NCBI GenBank assembly: GCA_027320085.1
Contig: DAHVLZ010000007.1
Location: forward strand, 1 to 12,859
Direction of reading: 5' to 3'
DNA: 12,859 nt
From: Pseudomonadota bacterium
GTDB taxonomy: Bacteria; Pseudomonadota; Gammaproteobacteria; JAKAQQ01
Shown: positions 8,601 to 12,859 of the stretch, piece by piece
Numbering within the stretch: the stretch's first letter is position 1
Layout of the letters: every line of letters starts with the position of its first letter
Program-made: the position numbers and the translations under genes
The notes under the pieces: generated by a model
The model's database searches: none
The model's input: the letters and a program-made list of their open reading frames with translations, nothing else
Told to the model about the DNA's origin: nothing

Positions 8601-9920
8601 ATGGATTCCACCCAGAAGAAAGAGACACCCGGGCTTGATGCCGGCCTCCGCGCGCTCCGCGACCGGAACTTTCCGCTCGCCCGGGAACGGTTTAGCGCCC
8701 AAGCCGAAAAAGGGGATGGGCAAGCCATGGCCTATCTCGGGCTCATCCACCTGCGTGCGCTCGGCACCCCGTACGACCCCGTGCAAGCCTTCGAATGGAC
8801 GGAACGTGCGGCCCGGATGGGACTTCCGAGCGCGGAACTCACCCTGGCCCACCTCTGTTACCTCGGGATTGGCTCCCCCCGCAATCCGGGACAGGCCTCC
8901 CGTCTGCTTCTGGCCTCGGCCCGTTCGGGCCATGCCCCGGCCCTGCGTACCCTAGGCCTGGTCTACCTTGGACTCGGCTCGAGCTGGCACGGTGTGGCTG
9001 AACGCTGCCTCGAAGCCGCGAGCGCTCAGCGCGACCTGTTTGCGGTACACGCCATCGCCCTGGGCCGGCTGACCCGGGGCGAGACGGCCCGGGCCCTGCC
9101 GCTTCTCGCGTGGGCCGGAACCCAGGGGTTCTATCCCAGCCTCCTCCACCTGAAGCGCCTCCAGGCCAGTCTCGGTCTCGACACCGTCCGACATCACGCG
9201 ATCGCCGAGCCGGACTATCCCAGCCGACCCCACGTTCCCGATTTGCCGGAATTCCCCTGGGAACCCGAAGCGCCGTCCCCAAGCCGCATGCTGGACCCCC
9301 GGATCGGGCTCCGCATCCAGGAAAAGCTCCTGGAGACCATCGAATGCGACTACCTGATCGCGCTCGCCGTCCCGGCACTTCGGCCCTCTGAAACGCGCGA
9401 ACCCGGAAGTGGCCGCATCGTGAAGAACCCCATCCGCACCTCTTCCGCCATGAATTTCCCGCCCAATCTCGAGGATCTCGTGGTCTTCCGCCTGGAAGAA
9501 CGGATCGCGGCATGGTGTGGCTTGATACTGGCTCAGGCCGAACCATTGGCTGTCCTGCGTTACCGTCCCGGTGAAGAGTACCGGCCCCATTTCGATGCCT
9601 TCGATGAAAGAACGCTTGCGGCGGATACAGAAGGGATCAGGCTCGGCCAGCGCACCGTGACCGCGCTCACCTACCTCAATGCGGATTTCACCGACGGCGG
9701 GACCGGCTTTCCGGCACTCGGGGTCACCATCCGGCCTGAAGCCGGCCAGATCCTGGCATTCTCCAACCTCGACTCGACCGGAGCCCGGAATCCTTTGGCG
9801 CTCCATGCCGGCCAGCCCGTCGGGCAGGGTGAAAAGTGGCTGGCCACCCTCTGGTTCCGCGAGCGACCCGGGGCCCGCCAGCCGGATTCAGCCGACCCTG
9901 ATCCTTCGGCCATTTCATAA
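8601..9920 (+). CDS. Sel1-like repeat + prolyl 4-hydroxylase-like 2OG-Fe(II) oxygenase, 439 aa
   Basis: Sel1 repeats (AMAYLGLIHLRALGTPYDPVQAFEWTERAARMG; AELTLAHLCYLGIGSPRNPGQASRLLLASARSG). The P4H-alpha-like domain reads RTSS...EPLAVLRYRPGEEYRPHFD...QRTVTALTYLN...GGTGFP...LHAGQPVGQGEKWLATLW, with an HxD...H triad and the 2OG-binding Lys. Confidence 0.88.
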   Translation: MDSTQKKETPGLDAGLRALRDRNFPLARERFSAQAEKGDGQAMAYLGLIHLRALGTPYDPVQAFEWTERAARMGLPSAELTLAHLCYLGIGSPRNPGQASRLLLASARSGHAPALRTLGLVYLGLGSSWHGVAERCLEAASAQRDLFAVHAIALGRLTRGETARALPLLAWAGTQGFYPSLLHLKRLQASLGLDTVRHHAIAEPDYPSRPHVPDLPEFPWEPEAPSPSRMLDPRIGLRIQEKLLETIECDYLIALAVPALRPSETREPGSGRIVKNPIRTSSAMNFPPNLEDLVVFRLEERIAAWCGLILAQAEPLAVLRYRPGEEYRPHFDAFDERTLAADTEGIRLGQRTVTALTYLNADFTDGGTGFPALGVTIRPEAGQILAFSNLDSTGARNPLALHAGQPVGQGEKWLATLWFRERPGARQPDSADPDPSAIS

Positions 9921-9924
9921 AGGA

Positions 9925-11348
9925 AGGTATTCGTAAAAGGGGTTGGAACGGAGTCAAAGCTCGCCCGCCTCGGTCATGCGGATGAGTGTTGAGATGTCCA
10001 CGCCGTAGTTCTTCTCCCGCTTCTCGTGCCGGTGTGGGTCCTGGGCTTCTGGCGGACCCACCGGGCGTCGCTTTTCCATCATCGGCAAGCCGTACCCGAT
10101 GGCATCCTCCGGCCGTTCATGACCTATTCCGGGCGGATCAGGCTCGCGCTTGCGCTCGAACCGCGGCCGCTTCTGCTTGTGGCTGGGGATACTTGCGGTG
10201 AAGAGTACCCGGGCTCGTAGCGCCTCGAACGAGTAGCCGCGCCCCAGCCTGTTCGGCAGCCGAATCAGGCCCTTCAGGCTCTCCATGGAGGCGTTCGTGA
10301 CCGGATGCTCGAAGTGGTTGAGGATGAACTGTTGCCAGTTGGTGAAGGCCTGGATCAGGTCGACAAAATAGGGTCCGAGCTCGGTCGGGATGGCCTTGTG
10401 CCACGCTTCGTAGCACCGCATGGCGTCCTCAGGTGTCCTGGCCTCATAGATGCCGTAGAAGTCCTCCTTGAGCCTGTACGCCTCACCCAAGGCCGGGTAA
10501 TTTTTCGTCCAGCCGTCGAGGTTCAGGCGTTCCTCGTCGTTCAGATCGTGTTTACGCTTGAGCAACACGAATCGGTCGGGTATCAGCCCGCGCTTCTGCT
10601 TGAGCGTCAGTTCACCCCGCAACCCCCTGCGGGCCTTCTCCAGCGCCTGGTTCGCCATCCTGACGACATGGAACTTGTCGATGACGATGGTCGCATCGGG
10701 CAGCACGGCTTGAACCGCATCGCGGCAGGGTGCCCACATATCCATCGCCACGTACTGCACGCGGCTGCGGTTCGGCATCTTGAGCAGGGACTTGGCCACG
10801 GTGTCCTGGTTGCGGTTGTGGAGCATGTCCACGATGGTGTTTTTCTGGATGTTCAAGACGACGCAGCGAGGCTGGTTGATCATGCGGATTTCGTCGATTC
10901 CCAACCACTTCGGTGTCTCGAAGAGAACCGTCTGTTCAAGCTCGTTGATGTAGTCGCGGAAGATGTTGCGGATCGTCCCTTCTACCACGCCGGTTTCATC
11001 GGCCAGTGAAGTGAAGGTGCGCTTCAACGCCTGTTTGCCGATCCACTTCACCAGCCGATCCGTCATCATCCGGTTCTCGGCCAGTACCGGCAGTGTCTGC
11101 GAGAAGGTCTTGCCGCAGGACTGGCAACGCAGCCGCCTGGTGTCAATGCAGATGCCCACGTGCTTGCCATGCAGGGGCAGGTCTTTGAATACCTGCTCGC
11201 GGGTTCCCCACGAGGTCAAGCGGTCGGATTGGCAATGCGGACACGCCGGAGTCCCGTTTACCGGCTTGGCTGTGACGTGATATTCGTGGTCGGTTTCCTC
11301 CACGCGCAACACATAGTACTGCGGAAGATTCAGGATGTTCGTGGGCAC
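9925..11348 (-). mobile_element. ISL3-family insertion sequence (ISPpu12-like subgroup); only one end tentatively visible
   Basis: Contains an ISL3 transposase. A candidate terminal IR, AGGTATTCGTAAAAGGGGTTGGAA (9925-9948), lies just beyond the transposase stop and resembles the recalled GGGTA..CG.......GGTTG ends of ISPpu12-type elements. No convincing partner IR or target duplication was found, so the other boundary is unknown (it could extend to about 12620). Confidence 0.65.
9954..11348 (-). CDS. tnpA: ISL3 family DDE transposase, 464 aa
   Basis: Zinc finger CPHC...RLRCQSC, HTH (FTSLADETGVVEGTIRNIF), catalytic LGIDE, AMDMW, IDKFHVV and TNASMES, then GRGYSFE and a C-terminal NYGVDISTL as in ISPpu12-type enzymes. 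GTG start with a GAGG SD. Confidence 0.93.
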   Translation of the reverse strand: MPTNILNLPQYYVLRVEETDHEYHVTAKPVNGTPACPHCQSDRLTSWGTREQVFKDLPLHGKHVGICIDTRRLRCQSCGKTFSQTLPVLAENRMMTDRLVKWIGKQALKRTFTSLADETGVVEGTIRNIFRDYINELEQTVLFETPKWLGIDEIRMINQPRCVVLNIQKNTIVDMLHNRNQDTVAKSLLKMPNRSRVQYVAMDMWAPCRDAVQAVLPDATIVIDKFHVVRMANQALEKARRGLRGELTLKQKRGLIPDRFVLLKRKHDLNDEERLNLDGWTKNYPALGEAYRLKEDFYGIYEARTPEDAMRCYEAWHKAIPTELGPYFVDLIQAFTNWQQFILNHFEHPVTNASMESLKGLIRLPNRLGRGYSFEALRARVLFTASIPSHKQKRPRFERKREPDPPGIGHERPEDAIGYGLPMMEKRRPVGPPEAQDPHRHEKREKNYGVDISTLIRMTEAGEL

Positions 11349-11731
11349 AGTTCACGGCCTCGCGATTCGCGTCAGGGCAGTGCCGCAAGGCCGGATCATC
11401 AGCCAGACCGGCAACTGTTCATCGGGTTCGTGCGGGGCAAGATCAACGCCAGACAGCCGGACGATGGCGAACATACCCGAAGCCACGCTGCAGCATGGGC
11501 CAACGTGCCGAAGTTCGTGACATTCTGTCCTGCCACAATGGGCGTGACACCGAATGTCCGGACCAGTCTGAACATGTCCATCAAGACCGTGATGGCCTCG
11601 CCCAGACAGTCCCGTCGCTTTCCTGTCTTCCCCTGGGATTGTCGTTGTGGCCGACGAGACAGTAGCTGGCTTCGTGAGTCATGTCATCACCCGAGCCGGT
11701 GGCGTGGACGTGGTTCTTGATGCGCTCCCAT

Positions 11732-12457
11732 TCAGGGTTCCATCCCATAGTCATCAGAACGGTCTGCTTCCATATTGCACACCCGGTCGAAGATCATGAT
11801 TGCGAGATGCGCACAAGCCGCTTTAACCGCCCGCCAGTCCTGCCAGCGGGAATCGAGGTTCTTGTATTCGCTGAGTTCGGTTTCTTCCAGATCGTAGGGC
11901 AACGCGTTGGCGAGTTGCACTTGCAACTGCTGTAGCGGAGATTCGCCGCTGTCCTGCGGGTAGAGCCGGTCGAATGATTGAAGCGCGTGGGCAACACCCT
12001 CACTGCCCATGTGATTGGCCAAGGCCACGAAGTCGAGGTAATCCCGTGTGGCGTTGCGCTTGAGGATCAACGCCCCTTTGATGCGCAGAATCTCGCCTTC
12101 AGTCGGAACGGTGATCCGGGCACCGTGATAATCCACCACTGCCGTTTCCAGCGGTTCGTCACGGACAAGCTGGCGAACCCCCGTTTCAATGCCATCAAGG
12201 CTGCCGGGGATTTGCACGGGGCGCTGCACTCGAGCCGTTTTCCATCCTGCAACCGACTCAAGCTCTGTCCGCACTTCATCAAAGCGGTGGCGCAGATCAG
12301 CCGGCACATGGGCGGCGTCACGCGAAAAGCGATGTTCAGCGTGAATTGCTGAGGCAGTTCCTCCAACCAGAACGGCATCCGGCAGGATGCGCTGGAGCCG
12401 TGCGACAGAGGATAGGACGAGTTCCCAGTCAGGGAGCGGGGCGGTGTTCTTTGGCAT
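11732..12457 (-). CDS. AbiEii/AbiGii (DUF1814)-like nucleotidyltransferase toxin, 241 aa, probably catalytically degenerate
   Basis: Pol-beta NTase signature VLVGGTASAIHAEHRFSRDA(A) and a downstream K...LKRNATRDYLDF motif (KxxAxxxRxxxRDxxD). Start placed at ATG 12457 (MPKNTAP), overlapping the end of the upstream partner gene; the ORF track start at 12487 is less likely. Confidence 0.8.
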   Translation of the reverse strand: MPKNTAPLPDWELVLSSVARLQRILPDAVLVGGTASAIHAEHRFSRDAAHVPADLRHRFDEVRTELESVAGWKTARVQRPVQIPGSLDGIETGVRQLVRDEPLETAVVDYHGARITVPTEGEILRIKGALILKRNATRDYLDFVALANHMGSEGVAHALQSFDRLYPQDSGESPLQQLQVQLANALPYDLEETELSEYKNLDSRWQDWRAVKAACAHLAIMIFDRVCNMEADRSDDYGMEP

Positions 12458-12620
12458 AGTGCATCCAAAAGTGATGGCGCTGGGCATAGGGATCGGAGAC
12501 GTAAGGGCGGCAAACGCGCTCCACCTTTTCCATTAGAGCGTGGTCGGACAAAACGGCCCGGCGTAGTTCAGCCCAGTCCTACCACCGACCGCTTGAGATC
12601 ACGTCGTCGATATATGTCAT
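12429..12620 (-). pseudogene. disrupted small partner (antitoxin-like) gene of the NTase toxin
   Basis: Manual translation gives MTYIDDVISSGRW*DWAELRRAVLSDHALMEKVERVCRPYVSDPYAQRHHFWMHYAKEHRPAP*, with an internal TAG at 12579-12581. The IDDxIxxGxxxDWxxL motif and the final Trp-containing helix resemble the small proteins recalled upstream of this NTase family. It overlaps the toxin start by 29 nt. Confidence 0.72.
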
Positions 12621-12780
12621 TATTCGTCATGTTCATGAGGGGCTCGCCCAACCCAATCTTTATCACAAGTACCCACAATCGGACAGGGGGCGGCCTCGGG
12701 CCGCCACAGCAGACAGCCCAACTGTCGCCGCACCCATCCATCGAGTGTCTCCAGAACCGACAGGCCGTGCGTGAGTTGGG

Positions 12781-12816
12781 AAAAAGAAAACCCGTGGTTC
12801 CTTGCGGAACCACGGG
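12781..12816 (-). terminator. rho-independent terminator
   Basis: Perfect 11-bp stem CCCGTGGTTCC (12791-12801)/GGAACCACGGG (12806-12816) with a 4-nt loop, followed on the minus strand by TTTTCTTTTT. It lies 30 nt after a TAA at 12847-12849. Confidence 0.9.
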
Positions 12817-12846
12817 CAATGTTCTTTTGTTGTCGTTATAGGATTC

Positions 12847-12859
12847 TTAGAAGCGCACC
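12847..12859 (-). CDS. 3' end of a gene running off the window (...V-R-F-stop); possibly an outer-membrane beta-barrel such as a TonB-dependent receptor
   Basis: The minus strand reads GTG CGC TTC TAA directly upstream of a strong terminator. A terminal Phe with a hydrophobic residue at -3 fits the OMP beta-signal, but only 3 codons are visible. Confidence 0.35.

Noticed and set aside
12648-12673. CCAACCCAATCTTTATCACAAGTACC as the second IS inverted repeat
   Set aside because: It matches the reverse complement of 9926-9946 only at the ends and needs several gaps, and there is no flanking target-site duplication.
12689-12705. GGCGGCC-TCG-GGCCGCC hairpin
   Set aside because: Single copy with no U-tract on either strand and no associated gene end, so no function can be assigned.
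12568-12841. 83-aa (-) and 82-aa (+) ORFs
   Set aside because: They cross the terminator and the pseudogene, have atypical composition and show no motifs.
1-12859. CRISPR array, tRNA/rRNA or a clear RiPP precursor peptide
   Set aside because: No regularly spaced repeats, cloverleaf or rRNA-like sequence was seen, and there is no free-standing short ORF with an SD near the oxygenases.

Overview
GC-rich bacterial (probably gammaproteobacterial) chromosomal window with three parts. (1) 94-5643, minus strand: a housekeeping 2-oxoglutarate dehydrogenase operon, sucA-sucB-lpdA. (2) 5781-9920, plus strand, transcribed divergently across a 137-bp gap: a compact operon of four predicted 2-oxoglutarate/Fe(II) dioxygenases. 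These are two TIGR02466/PF13759-like HxH...H enzymes, a TPR + Asp/Asn beta-hydroxylase and a Sel1-repeat + prolyl-4-hydroxylase-like enzyme. All four lie in one reading frame separated only by single TGA codons. This is the best candidate for an uncharacterised (protein- or peptide-) hydroxylation system. (3) 9925-12620, minus strand: an accessory block with an ISPpu12-like ISL3 transposase and an AbiEii/DUF1814-type nucleotidyltransferase toxin whose DxD motif reads DAA. A truncated, nonsense-disrupted partner (antitoxin-like) gene lies upstream of the toxin and is missing from the ORF track. The window ends with a strong intrinsic terminator and the last codons (V-R-F-stop) of a minus-strand gene that may encode an outer-membrane beta-barrel. 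All family assignments come from motif recognition by eye, with no database searches.
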